A stretch of DNA of 64,000 nt from Basidiobolus meristosporus CBS 931.73. Taxonomy: Eukaryota > Fungi > Basidiobolomycota. Location: the NCBI GenBank assembly GCA_002104905.1, contig MCFE01000443.1, forward strand, positions 1 through 64,000, read 5' to 3'. Under the pieces are notes generated by a model. That model was not told where the DNA came from and did not search any database. It was given only the letters and a program-made list of their open reading frames with translations. Shown here piece after piece: positions 12,781 through 25,561 of this stretch (position 1 is its first letter; each line of letters opens with the position of its first letter). Made by a program: the position numbers and the translations under genes.

Positions 12781-13043
12781 CCATTTGTATAGATTCGAAA
12801 AGTTGGCATGTATTAAAGTAATTCATTCGAAAATAAATTTTCATAATACCTTTTGCATGCATTATGCAGTGTAGTACCTTCAAACCTCTTAAATCACGAG
12901 TGAACGATCCCAAATTTTGAATGGTAAAAGCCACATAGTTGCTACATCATCAATGTTTTAATTCCACTCATTTTGCCATAAAATAAGTGTTAGTTGAGTT
13001 CGGAGTAGACGGTGTTTACATTAAAGACCAAGTTGAAGCTGCC

Positions 13044-15799
13044 ATGTCCGCACCACATCTGGGTCACACTTCTTTGAACATAAATGCCTTACGAGACTTG
13101 TCTAGGAAAGAGCTCACGGATGTTCTCGATTCTGTACGTGAGAGTTTGCTTATCATCTTACGAATTCCCGTCTTTTGATTACTGTGTAGAGGAGGCCCGT
13201 TGGAATTAACCAAACTAATATTTATTCCTGCGCCAGGCAAGAGGGAAAAAAACCTTGGTGCTCGATCCGAATCTAAGCGGCCCCTTAAGCTTAATAACGG
13301 AGTTCAGTTTGCTGAAGGTAACGAGGTTATCTTTAGAATTAGCAATTTGCGAGCACGAGCACGAGCGCTAAATCTCGTTTGTCGGCTGGCCTTGTCTTAA
13401 CAGGAACATGGAGTCGAGAAAATCTTTTATCTCCAATCGGGACCCTTGGAAACAGAATCCTCTAGTATAATTTATATCTGTCGCCCGAACATTCAATATG
13501 TTCGTTACATAGCAGGTAGCCTTTATGTATTGTACCTTGAAACCAACGAACAGGGTAGATTATGAGGCCTTTCACTTTTAGAGCATGTCAAGCAGCTTAG
13601 TGACACTGGAAAAAACTTCAACCTCTTCTTTGTTCCCAGAAGAACCATGATATGCGAGCGCTTATTGGAGGAAGAGGGAGTTTATGGAGATATCCTTGCC
13701 ATGCATTCTTGACGCCTTCAGGACAAAATCGATTGCTTTTCATGTTCCTTAACTAAACGACACATATCACAATTGGTGAGTATCACCTGGATCTGATTCC
13801 GTTCGAAGACGACCTCCTATCGCTTGAGCTGGACAATTCTTTCAAGGAGCTTTATTTGGTAGGCTTTGTATTGTATGGACATCGGCTAAGCCGTTCGCTT
13901 AAAGTAACGCTCTGTAGGATGGGGATAACACCTCTATATATTACGTCGCTCGAGCCATCATGAGGTTACAGTCTGTTTACGGGTTTTTCCCAAGGATAAT
14001 CGGCAAAGGAGATTGTGCAAAGGTTAGTCCTGATGCAACAACACCCCAGAGTTATTGAAATACTCTAATACTCTACATTTAGCTTCTCTCCGATATGCTA
14101 TTGAGAATGAGGCGTGAGATGGCTATAGATGATCCTTTGGTCACTCAGAGCATGTCTATTTCCTCCAACATCGATTCCCTAGTAATCGTTGATCGTGCAT
14201 CCGATCTTGTAACCCCTCTTTGCACTCAGCTCACCTACGAAGGGCTGGTCGACGAATACTTTGGAATCAAGAACAGTAAGACCATATATATAGCACAATA
14301 ACGGGTGTACTATGAGGCAATCTAACCTAGATACAGCCTTCGTTGAGGTCGACGCCGCAGTTGCACCGAGCTCCCCCAACCCAGCTGGCTCTTCATCAGG
14401 AGCGGCCAACCCACCCACTAACAAGAAAAAGAAGGTTCCTTTGAATTCATCGGACAAGTTGTTTTCGGAAATCCGAGATATGAACTTCGCAGTGGTGGGA
14501 AGCGTACTCAACAAGGTGGCCAAGCGTATTAACGAAGATTACGAGGTATTCTGACTGTAGTTGAAGGAGCAGCGCTCTGATTTCTAAATGAATATTCAAC
14601 CGGGATAGGGCCGTCACCATGCGAAGACAGTCGGGCAAATCAGAGAGTTTATCGGGAAGCTTGGAGGCTTACAAAATGAACATTTGTCTCTAAAAACACG
14701 TATCCTTCTGAACCCAACCTCAACTAGTTGTTTGGAATTCAAGTTATTTCCCCGTGACTTTTTCACAAGATACCACACTAGCTGAGCAGATAATGAGCTG
14801 CACTACATCAGAAGATTTCAATCGGATGCTCGAAGTCCAGCAAAGTAAGGTCACGTTTAGTACTATCCATGAGGGAGCTCTACTCAAGCAAACGCCAAAT
14901 CTAGACTTCACCGCTGGATATGATACCAACACCCAAAGCCCATACATCGAAGAGCTAATCAATCGACAAGCACCGCTTCTTCAAGTCTTGAGACTTCTCT
15001 GTTTGCAGTCATTGGTGAATAACGGACTGAAATCCAAAACCTACGATTTCTTTCGGAAGGAGATTATCCAGGTAGGAAGATGCTCTACGGTGAATCTTCA
15101 TGCCCGCTAATCAATGGAATCTGGTAGACCTATGGCTATGAGCATATCGTGACCCTTCATAATCTTGCCAAGGTTGGTCTTCTCAAGATTCAAGATGTAA
15201 ATAGGAATCCCTACCCTCAAGTGCGCAAATCACTGCGGTTGATCGTTGATCAAGTCGATGAAAGAAGCCCCAACGATATAGCTTACGTGTACTCAGGATA
15301 TGCCCCTCTCAGCGTACGCCTGGTCCAATGTGTTTATCGTAACACGGCACCGACCGTGCGTAATGCAGTCGGTGTCGGGGCTGGTTGGAAAGGCCTCGAG
15401 GATGTCATCCGGATGATCCCTGGAAAAATGTTTGACGAGGTTCAGCCTGTAGAAGATGGAATAGCTCGGACAGTCAAAAGTAATACAAACAGCGTCATGT
15501 AAATGGGTTTCCCACTCTAACCGGTTTGTCGCTAGGATGGAACAAGTCTGGTCAACCAAGAATCTCAATAGTACTGTTCCTCGGTGGTTGCACTTACACA
15601 GAGATTTCAGCAATTCGTTTCTTGTCCCAGCAGGAAGAAGGTGATTGTTGTTGTTGCTATATCTTGACGAAGACCAGTACTAATGCCAATGCCAATGCCA
15701 ATGCCAATACCAGGTCGAGAATATGTCATTGCCACCACACAGATCATCAATGGAAATACTCTCCTGGACCCGCTAATCGAGAAGGTTAATCATGATTAA
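13044..15799 (+). CDS. VPS33: Sec1/Munc18-family vacuolar protein Vps33
   Basis: GKKTLVLDPNLSGPL, FFVPRRTMICERLLEEEGV, IVDRASDLVTPLCTQLTYEGLVDE, DIAYVYSGYAPLSVRLVQ, LFLGGCTYTEISAIRFL; more than 10 introns. Confidence 0.93.
15682..15711 (+). repeat. (AATGCC)n microsatellite in the last VPS33 intron
   Basis: aatgcc x4 followed by aatacc. Confidence 0.8.
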
Positions 15800-16129
15800 A
15801 AAATTGTTTGAAAGCGAATTAAATAAAAGCTGAATGTTGAGGCGCAGAGGTGACTTACGTCTTCTGACCCCAATCTTTCTATCTGGTGTATCGTGAGATT
15901 GCTGCCGTGTTACGTGTGTGAGGGCACTTGACCAAAGGAAAGCCTTAGGATTGGTCATCGATTACATGACTCCTTCCTCGATCTCATTTGTGCATTTCTG
16001 TGACAAATCCACACCAACACTCCATCAAGTCGATTAAATTTATTAACGGCGAATTTACAAATTTGGTAGAAGACAAATTCGGCTATTAGATATCATTGTA
16101 GCAGAAGGCCGAGATAGGGAATGCATTAA

Positions 16130-18340
16130 TTATTTGTACATGGCCTCAACCTCGGCCTGGTATTTTTGTACAACATCCCTTCTCTTCACTTTCTGGGCGG
16201 CAGTTAACATATTATTCTCCGAAGTCCATTCGGAGTCACACAGGTATACGTTCTGAATGACCTCAGCGGAGGCTAATCCGGCCTTCTTCGCGATTTCCTT
16301 GAAAGAGTCCAAGACCCCCTTTTTCACTTCTTTGTGTTGGCACAGCTCATGAAGGGTCAACTTTTCGGCGTTGGCTACTCCCTTTTGCTGGGCGAGTTTG
16401 CGAAGTCGATCCTCGATGGGAACCACCAGGGCGACTGGGTGGTATTGGAATGAATCACCGTAGACGCATAGATTCTGCACATACAGCGAGGTTTTGTAGA
16501 GTGCCTCAAGTCTCTCGAGGGCAATATACTCCCCGTTTGCGAGCTTGACCAGATTCTTTCTACGATCGATAATGGCCAAGCTGCCGTCTGGTCTCCATTC
16601 ACCAACATCTCCGGTCTTCAGCCAGCCATCCTCAGTCAACACTTCTTTGGTGAGCTCGTCATTGTTGAAGTAGCCCTTCATAACAGCCGGACCACGAACC
16701 CAGATTTCGCCTTGGGGTGGGTTATTGCGATGACTATATCCTGCTTCTTCAACATCCACCAACTTCATTTCACTGCACGGAACTGGTGGGCCACTGGTAC
16801 CATAGGCAAAGTTACTGGGGCTCATGAGAGCGCACATGGCTGTGCCCTCCGTCATACCGTACCCTTGTAGGATTGGGCATACAGTCAGACTAAGGAATTC
16901 CTGAGTCTCAACAGCAATGGGCGCGCCTCCCGACAAAGCAATCCTTAAACGACCTCCTGTTTGGTCTTTGATTTTCTTGAAGAAAATGTTGTCAATAAAC
17001 TGGGTTGGGATGTGGAATTTGGTCAGCAGTTTCTTGATATACAAAGCCGCTCCAAATATCATGGCAGTGGCGCTGCCAGATGCGTGCACCTTGTTTATAA
17101 CCCCTTTGCGAATGGTCTCCCAAACTGCTGGAACTCCAGTCAGCACAGTGGGTCGCAATTCACGGAGATCACCCAAACAGTTCCGGACGGAGGCGTCAGT
17201 AAGCGTTCTGATAGATCCGTAACCCAAAGCAACTCCCCAATACATTACGGCATGCTCTACCAAGAATTCCAGAACATGGGCCAACGGGAGATAAGCCATG
17301 ATTGTATCGCCAGGGCCAAGTATTCCCTTGAAAAGCTTGGAGGTCCCCGCAACTAGTTCATATCAGCAATCAGAAGGGGGTTCCATGAAGCATTGTTAAG
17401 TTGTACTTACTGCCAGCGACAATGTTAGCATGGGTGAGCATGACTCCCTTTGGAGCACCAGTAGTACCTGAGGTATACATAATACACGCAAGGTCTTCAG
17501 GGTTCGGGGGTTGATGATCAGCAGGATACTCGTTCCCAAGCTCTTTGACTTGGTCAAAGCTTCGAAGCTCAATGGTTGGGTTTGTGTTTCTGAAATTTTC
17601 AAGGGACCCAGCAGAGGCTTCTTCCATAAAAACAACATGCTTTAGGGAGGAGGCTTTGGAGGCAACGCTTGATGCAGTTTTCAACAACTCGGCAGTTGTA
17701 AACAACACAGTGATCTCCCCTTCATTCAAAGCGTGTAGCACCCCGTCCTCCCCTAGGGTGTCGTAGGCGGTCACCACAGTAATACTCTGCATGTAGCAGG
17801 CTATGTACATGAAATGTCAGTATCTGTTGTACCATGATAAAAACGATTGATCATACCTTGTGCCATCAGCATCCATTCAACGCTATATATGTATAAGTGT
17901 GAAAGATCTACAACCATCGCACATACAGAGACATCTTACCTGGTCTTTGCAAAGAGAAGTACCTTAGCTTGAGGGCCCAGGCCTAGCTGAAGCAAGCCGG
18001 CGGCTAAGGAAGAGCAGATGTTACTGGCTTCTTTATAAGAATACCAGTTATAGTGGCTGAGTTGGAAATAATTCCACGTTTTAAGTTCCTCCTGGATCTC
18101 GCCGCCAACGTTTTTCTTGACAAGTTTCTCCTCGGATATGACTTTTACCACTTTACGGTAACCCAGAGCCTCCTGGTCCTGGTACGTACGTGCACTATAC
18201 TGGAGTACATCATACAGAGTAGCTATCTCAGGAATAGGCTGCTTCAATAAGTCATGCTGGGTCTCATAATAGCGGTGGGGTTTCCCAGAAGTAGGGGTTT
18301 CTTCGCCCACTGGAACGGAAAACACTCGACTCAAGACCAT
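16130..18340 (-). CDS. FAA1: Long-chain fatty acyl-CoA ligase (Faa1/Faa4-like)
   Basis: AMP-binding [60 protein letters not shown]. Confidence 0.92.
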
Positions 18341-18861
18341 TTCAGAAAAAAGGAATAGATTGATGTCTACCGATTAGCAAGCCCTCGAGGTTTTATATCC
18401 GGAAGGGAGGCTTGATTTGATCCCACGGTCCTTTGGTGGTATCTGCCTTACATCCCAGCTATGTTTGATTTACCTTTTAATTCATTTAAACAAGATGGGT
18501 GACTTGGTGCTACGTGAAGAATACCCGAGATAATTGATGTGACACGAATGTGCCACCGAACTGGCTCCTTTTGTTAGTTCGATCTACAACCTTTGTCCAG
18601 AGAAAGAGATTTCCTATTGCCGCAAGGGCGACCAACCTCAGCTCCCCTTTCGATGGTGTGTGTAATTGCACTACTTTGCATTAAGAGACATCGGAATCAT
18701 CGTTGAATCACTTCAAATAGAATTGATAAGACAGCGTCATCCAAACTTGCTTAAACTTGAATTTAGTCTTCAATCTGGTTTGGCTTGTGAGTGGTAAGAA
18801 CCAACAAACATAAGAGATACCTGCAAGAATAACCCAGACTTCGTCATCAACGTCGCCTGAC

Positions 18862-19860
18862 ATGTCCGAACGGATGCAACTCGTTGAAAGTGCTGTGAAA
18901 TTCCTTCAACTACCTGAAGTGCAAAGTAGAAATCCTCACCAGAAAATCGAGTTCTTGAGAAGCAAAGGTTTATCGAATGAGGAGATAAAAGAGGCAATTG
19001 CTTGTACTGGCCAGATAGAGCCAGTGGCTAGAGATTTCGAGATGGACTCTACTGGATCTATGCAAGCAGCTGAAGAGAATCGAGCTTGGGAATCGGCCAA
19101 GCAGATGCCTCAAAATACGCAAGTACAAACCAGCTTGGGAATGGCCCACGAAGGCAAACATTGGTACGATGTTTTGGCTTTTTCCAAGCCTGAACTCGGC
19201 CAGTGGAAAAGCTATTTGGCTGTGACTGCTGGCACCTTGGGAAGTGTGTATGGAATATATGGATTAATCAAGGTAGAGGGTTAGTCTATTGCTTTAGGAA
19301 ATACCCAGTATTTATTTAGCCTCGTACAGAGTTTTAGTAGCAAGAAAGGGGATAGTAGCCAGGGAGATAGTTTGACCGATACCGACGCCAAACCGTCATT
19401 AAAGAAACCCACTGGCCTTAAACTCAACGGAACTTCGTTCAGTCTTCACCCGCCTAGTGCGGAAGAACAACTTACCAACTTGACGTTAACAACCGTAGCC
19501 TTACAAGGATACGTAGAAAAGCTCAGAGTTTCAATAACGAATCTTCAAAAGCAAGCAGCTACACGGGATCAAGAGTTCAAGCTTTTGGGTGCGCAATTAG
19601 ACGAACTACAGCACTCCATACCACAGGTAAGAGGTGATAAGCATGGTACTAGTTCATCTAATTGATTCGTGGTATTCCAGATGCTCGAGAATCAAAAGGC
19701 CGCACAACATGCCATGGTGTCCAGCCTCCACGACGACTTGAAAGCATTGAAGAGCCTATTGGTCCGCCGAAGTACTCCCATAAGCTCACCCAACATCGCC
19801 ACCGGCCAAACACACGCCCAAGCCCAGCCCAATTCGCCACGAACGACTCGGAGCAAGTGA
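18862..19860 (+). CDS. PEX14: Peroxisomal docking protein Pex14-like
   Basis: Pex14_N motif (LVESAVKFLQ..KIEFLRSKGLSNEEIKEA), hydrophobic WKSYLAVTAGTLGSVYGIY, coiled coil ending DLKALKSLL. Confidence 0.75.
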
Positions 19861-20107
19861 CTATACATGGAATATTTTACATGTTTTGTACAGTTTGAAC
19901 TGATCTATAATGTCATGGAAGCCATATTCTTCGATGAACCCGTCCCCACATTCAGCGCATGAATTTGAGAAGCTGGTATTTGGTCACTGCAATGTCTTCG
20001 AAATCATCGCCCATTTGGATATCATTCTCTATATTACACTTGCATATCTTTATGTACTTCGACGAAGCGATTCTATGTTCTATTTGTTATAAATAGCATC
20101 ACATTAG

Positions 20108-20565
20108 CTAAACTTGCTCATACAATTCCAGTGGTAAATCGTCTGGGTCAGCGAAGAAAGTAAAACGCTGGTTTGTAATGGGGTCCACTCTAATCTCCTC
20201 CACGGCAATACCATGCTCTTCAAGTTTCTTAACTGCGGTGTCAATGTTATTGACTGCAAAGGCCAAGTGACGAAGTCCACAGGCCTCTGGGCGGGAGGTG
20301 CGTTTAGGCGGCGTGGGAAAGGAAAATAACTCGATCTGTGTACTGGAGTTAGGCACCTGCAGATCGAGTTTCCAAGAATCGCGTTCTGCGCGATACGTCT
20401 CCTCGATTATATCGCAACCAAGTATGCGTGTGTAGAAATCTATCACTTGAATTTAGCAAACGAAACGTGTGGCCAGTTAATCCCATCCGTACCTTTAGAA
20501 ACTTCATAGTTGGAGCTGATGATGGCGACGTGGTGGACACCTCTAATGCAATCAGCCAAGCTCAT
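20108..20565 (-). CDS. VOC/glyoxalase-family protein, YaeR-like (bacterial type)
   Basis: Two exons (intron 20440-20492, GTACGG..ATAG) give MSLADCIRGVHHVAIISSNYEVSKDFYTRILG..YRAERDSWKLDL..IELFSFP.PP.R.SRPEACGLRHLAF..RVDP.T..RFTFFADPDDLPLELYEQ. Confidence 0.9.
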
Positions 20566-21185
20566 TTTAAAGCAACAATCAAAATTTGACAGAAGTCAAT
20601 TCTCCTTCTATCAATTAAATAATTAAAAATCATGATTGATTAGGTGGCCATATTGCTATTATGTAACATGAGCCATTATTGGGGAGCCGTGGAACAAATC
20701 ATCCGCGTAAGCGCCTCTCTACAGCAGTCCAGCCACTATCTTGGCCAAATTAGGAAATGATAATGCTTTACTGATGTTGAGAAGTCAACGAAGGTTGAAC
20801 TCTTTGTCCGGCCATCAGTAGAGTAGTACTGAGCACTACACGTGGGAGATATCAGAATTGAGCATGGACAATGCTATAGAACATTATTCTTCGGATATAG
20901 CCTCTTAATTGCTACATAAGGCTTGTCAATATTGAACAAAGCATCAGGCATCACACCTAATAATGGATACCATGATAGTTAATCTTAGCCATGATGCTAA
21001 CCGCATTCACGTATTTCTTGATTAATTCACATGTAAATCAGCCAAGTCTGAGTAGGCATAAAATCCGTGAAATTGATTTGAAAAAAGTATAGATATTCAA
21101 CGCGCTGCTAGGCCCTTTCTAAAGCCCTTTTTTTCTTACCGCCAACTTGAATCACCTTTGAGGTTTGGTTCAACTTTGTTATAAT

Positions 21186-21979
21186 ATGGCGGATTATCTT
21201 GCTTCTATCTATGGTACTGAGAAAGACAAGTAAGTGCCCCATCTATCCTGGAGCTTCATCTACCGCTGACAATAACCTTTGCACTGTAATCTAGAGTCAA
21301 CTGTTCATTTTATTTCAAAATTGGTGCCTGTCGACACGGAGATCGTTGTTCTCGAAAACACGTGAAACCCACATTTTCTCAAACGATCTTACTGAGCAAT
21401 GTATATCAAAATCCCGCCCATGATCCTAGCTGCACCTTGAACGAGGAGCAATTACAAGAACACTTCGATCTATGCTACGAAGACATGTTTATGGAGTTGG
21501 CTAAATACGGGGAAATAGAGGAAATGAACATTTGCGACAATGTCGGCGACCACCTGGTTGGAAATGTATACGTTCGTTATCGGTACGAAGAAGACGCCGG
21601 CAAAGCAGTCGACTCGCTTAATCAAAGATTCTACGCTGGTAAGCAGAGGTAATTGGATGATTTTTTGCTGACATCGTACTAAATCGAGGTTTATTTAGCC
21701 CGACCACTCTATGCGGAGCTCTCACCAGTGACTGACTTCAGAGAGGCGTGCTGTCGACAATACGAAAACTCGGAATGTACACGTGGTGGCTTTTGCAACT
21801 TCATGCATCTGAAGGTGGTCAGCCGTAAACTGCGCAAGGATCTTTACGCTGCACAAAGGGCCACGCTGAAGGAAAACGGGCAAAACCAGAAGTACCAGAG
21901 CCGAAGCCGTAGTCCATCTCGTGAGCGGAAAAGCCGAGACCACCGAAGCTCACGTAGAAGCCGTGACGATCGTCATTAA
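21186..21979 (+). CDS. U2AF1: Splicing factor U2AF small subunit (U2AF35/23)
   Basis: [40 protein letters not shown] domain ([12 protein letters not shown]), second CCCH finger, RS tail. Confidence 0.97.
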
Positions 21980-22454
21980 GAAGGCTCTCCTTTAAACCAA
22001 TTTCCAAAACAATTAAATACAACCAAATCCACTCACACTCAACCAACAGTGCGTCTTCTCCAAGACAACCATCACCCAGTTTATGTACTTGTTTGGTGAG
22101 ATGCAATATGGTCTGGGAAAAGTTTTACACGCCCCCTTTCCCCACAAGTATCTTATGATCAACTATGAGCTTCCGCATAAACAATCTACCTAGTTCCCAA
22201 TCTAGCGGCAATCCTTCAACCCTCTCTTTACCTATATGTGACCATTTGTGGGTCTAGTATCATTGGCTGAGAATCTGGGTTGGAGTTTGTATCACCTCAT
22301 ACTTAATACATACAAATACTTGCCTAAACCAATGCCAAGATGCGGTGAAATTAAACTTTCGGAGCTATTCCATTTCCGCAGCAGAATCACGGATGTATAT
22401 AACATATTTCCAGATAACAACAGTGCCTCAGGTTTACCCCCCCCCTTCCTGCCA

Positions 22455-22904
22455 ATGCCAGCAACATTTGATCTTCAAGAGGCCACCCTGACCTTGGGTT
22501 TCGATGCAACCTACCATTATTTTATCTCGGTTTTGTTCGAGGATATAGAGATACCTTTGGACAAGATTACTAAAGTGGGTCTGGGGGCCAAGCATGGGTT
22601 CAAAGGACTGAGGGTTGGTGCTGAGCTTCCTTATGTGTATTTATCTGGTAAGTGTTTATTAACCCTTTGGTTAATCTTATCACCAGGCTGATAGTGGATA
22701 GGAACTATCTACCATCCTTTTAGCGGAGAGAAAAAGGAGTTTTACTACATGCCGCATATAGATACCAGTCGGGTTATCGTACTGAATCTACGCGATTTCA
22801 AGTACGGCAACGTTTACATGGAAGCACCACCACATGCGGACCCAAATCAGTTGGTTCAGGATATTAGAAATGCGATAGAAGGAATCCGAGCTCATCAAGA
22901 TTGA
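22455..22904 (+). CDS. Small (~131 aa) hypothetical protein resembling a bacterial uncharacterised family
   Basis: Not annotated as such in the ORF track. Exons 22455-22647 and 22702-22904 (54-nt GTAAGT..CTGAT..TAG intron) total 396 nt in frame: ..DIEIPLDKITKV..GLRVGAELPYVYLSGTIYHPFSGEKKEFYY..RVIVLNLRDFKY..DPNQLVQDIRNAI. Confidence 0.65.
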
Positions 22905-23334
22905 CCAGATGATTGGGCATGATCGTGCCTGGCCCCTGATCCACGAATCTTTGCGCAGCAACCATGCACGCCTAAACAAATTACCTAGTTTCACTTTATG
23001 GTATTCTCTGTGCACAAAATCGCTCTATATGAATAAACAGTGTATATTTTCGTACGGAAGTGGTGTTTTTCTGACCCGACGGAAACAACACCGACCAACC
23101 TCGCAAAACCTCCGATAATGCGCTGATTTTCTTTACATGTTGGCCTTGGGATGCTAGGTACAGATCAGGCAAGCCATTCAGTGTACCATCAGCATATACT
23201 ATCCAGTAGATCCGGCATAAACATTCTATCGAGCACTAATACCACGATACGGATGTTCCATCCACCAACAATCCCAGAAATAATTAAACTTCAACTTCTT
23301 CTCACGATTAGCCATTTGGAGCTTCTTGGACCGC

Positions 23335-23386
23335 TATCCAGATGGCCTACTTTAGAATACTATCCAGATGGCCTACTTCAGAATAT
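23335..23386. repeat. 26-bp tandem duplication
   Basis: tatccagatggcctactttagaatac / tatccagatggcctacttcagaatat. Confidence 0.8.
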
Positions 23387-24535
23387 TATGCAACGTGGAA
23401 TAGTCATCTGATCCACCCTTTCACAAGCGTTCTAAGGGAACAGAAGGAGGTGGTTGTACCAGAGCATCAAGGCTATCTAAAAGGGGTTACAGCAAAACTC
23501 GGAATGTGGGTGGTTGTGGGTAGGGTTCCTAATGAGGCTAACCCTTGAAGGTGAAAGACGAATGAATAGGAGAGAGGAGAGAGGAACTACAGCCACTAGG
23601 GTGAATTTGGAAACCGGAATAACTTCCTCACAACGGCAACTAGTCTCGAATCCCAAAGATCGAAACACGCAGAGTTTGGATGTTCCGAGGTTGATCAAGA
23701 TTTCCAAACTAGAATGGCAAGTTCCCAGTTAAAGAAATTCGCACTTCTAGATACAAAAGTAAATTATTCCATATCAAGCTGGGCTTTATCACCGTAGCGA
23801 ATAGCCAGAAAAATCGCCGACATGCTCCAACCCGGTTGACCAGGACTTCCTAAACTCGCACTGATAAACAATTCCCTCTTTTTGGCAAGGAATCCGTCAT
23901 CACTGATCAAATCCGGCTGCTGAGTCAAGACATTTTGTGGCTACCGAAGTTCTATTATTGGTTACGAGCCAAAGGGGGGAGATAGTGGCATTTGAATTGG
24001 TCCACATAGCTACGAATCCTATTAAGCAGTTACCAGGTAGTGATTGGGAACTATAGTCAGAAGTATCCACGTTCGAAAGTGTGTTCGAATGTTAGTGTTG
24101 CTTCTTTAGTAACCTCCAAAGAGCGAATGATTTGGATGGAAGTGAGATTATATATCGAAATAGGCAAGTTCGTCCCTGGTACGATGGTTTCTATCTTCGC
24201 AGGCCTCTGTCTTCCATTGGTTGCCATGCGGATCGAAGGCTTAAACAGTCGCGGGTGTTGATCTTCCAAAGTTCGGCCGTCAAGTATATAAGGCCGAGGG
24301 CTCACTTGAGTAAATCTTCACGCCACTCCAGTCTTTCAACACACCGTTCTCACCACTCCGGAAAGCTCTCGCGCATACACCACTGCAGCAACTGACAGAC
24401 AAACCTCTGGACAGAATCAAGAACACACCATTAACTCAGTTTCATGTTGGTTGCTCGAAACTATATTAGAGCAGGGCCTTTTTATATTGACTCGTTTCTG
24501 ATATAAGACTTACGACTAAGTAAATAATTGATTTG

Positions 24536-25561
24536 ATGGAAAATTCCTACAACAAAGGTGGTTCCATTTCCATGGTGGTCCCAACTTCGTTGCGTTCGCC
24601 AAATCATCCATCCGGCAGTACCTCACAAGCCATGGCCTCAGACAAGCCTTATCCCATGGGGAACCCCACGGTGGGCACCAAGCTGAAGCTATTTCGCTTT
24701 GAAAACTCCACCCAAGGCCGAGTTCGTAAGCCACGCAAAAAGAAGAAAGCTGGCTCCTACCTCGTCCACGGGGTGAATATATTGAATAATGACAACACCG
24801 AGCACAAGCCGAATCCCCAAAGACCCAAGCAACGCGATCAGTCTAAACCCAAGAATGATCAACCCTGTCCTCAGGTTGATCCTGCTGTAAAGAAACTTGT
24901 AGATATGCTTCCCTCCATCGGTCGCGAAGGGTCTGGCCACGACACGGCAAATGTCTTGAAGATGGCTGCGGAGTACCTCGAGAAGCTCCGCGACGAGAAT
25001 CAAAATCTACGCTTTGAAAACCAGCTACTCAAAGAATACCCGCAGACCAGCCCTGAGAGTGAGAGACACCCATCCATTGTAATTACCAGTAGCGAAAATA
25101 CCCAACCTCCCAACGAATATATCCCTGTCTCTGCACGCTCCTCCCAGGTTACCAGCCCTTATGTTTCTCCATCCCTGAGACCAATGAGGCCCGGCTCCCC
25201 GCTCTTCAATTACGAACAAGATCAATCCATGGAGATGCGGACCCCCACGTTTAACAGTGGATATATGTCCAACTCATCCTCGGCCTCCTCACCAAGCCAA
25301 ACCCCGCCTCCTCACAACCTAGCGCCCATCCGGACAGACCTACCCCTGCTCCCTCCTCTGACTTCCTTCTTACAGCCAGAGCCCCAATCAGCAGGCACTC
25401 TGAGCATCCCAAGTTCACCAGTATCCGCACACTCCCCCCAGCAAACTGCAGCCAACCGAAATTTCATCGACCACTCACCCATCCAGTTTGCATTTTCACT
25501 CTCCAGTTCGCCCAAACAGAACAACAATCAATCCACTTTTTTCAATGCCTATTCCATGTAA
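24536..25561 (+). CDS. S/P-rich protein with an HLH-like/leucine-zipper segment (atypical bHLH transcription factor)
   Basis: Intronless ORF. AVKKLVDMLPS-loop-ANVLKMAAEYLEKLRDENQNLRFENQLL resembles helix1-loop-helix2-zipper. Basic NLS RVRKPRKKKK. Confidence 0.55.
   Translation: MENSYNKGGSISMVVPTSLRSPNHPSGSTSQAMASDKPYPMGNPTVGTKLKLFRFENSTQGRVRKPRKKKKAGSYLVHGVNILNNDNTEHKPNPQRPKQRDQSKPKNDQPCPQVDPAVKKLVDMLPSIGREGSGHDTANVLKMAAEYLEKLRDENQNLRFENQLLKEYPQTSPESERHPSIVITSSENTQPPNEYIPVSARSSQVTSPYVSPSLRPMRPGSPLFNYEQDQSMEMRTPTFNSGYMSNSSSASSPSQTPPPHNLAPIRTDLPLLPPLTSFLQPEPQSAGTLSIPSSPVSAHSPQQTAANRNFIDHSPIQFAFSLSSSPKQNNNQSTFFNAYSM

Noticed and set aside
8613-15799. Adjacent syntaxin, SEH1 and VPS33 as a functional trafficking cluster
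   Set aside because: They are interspersed with RPS17 and act in different complexes. Chance adjacency in a compact genome is sufficient.
20700-20900. C/D-like motifs (ATGATAA, CTGA) between the VOC gene and U2AF1
   Set aside because: The C box is imperfect and no terminal stem or guide was found.
23335-23386. Direct repeats here and at 6734-6789 as CRISPR arrays
   Set aside because: Only two adjacent copies with no spacers, no cas genes and a eukaryotic context.
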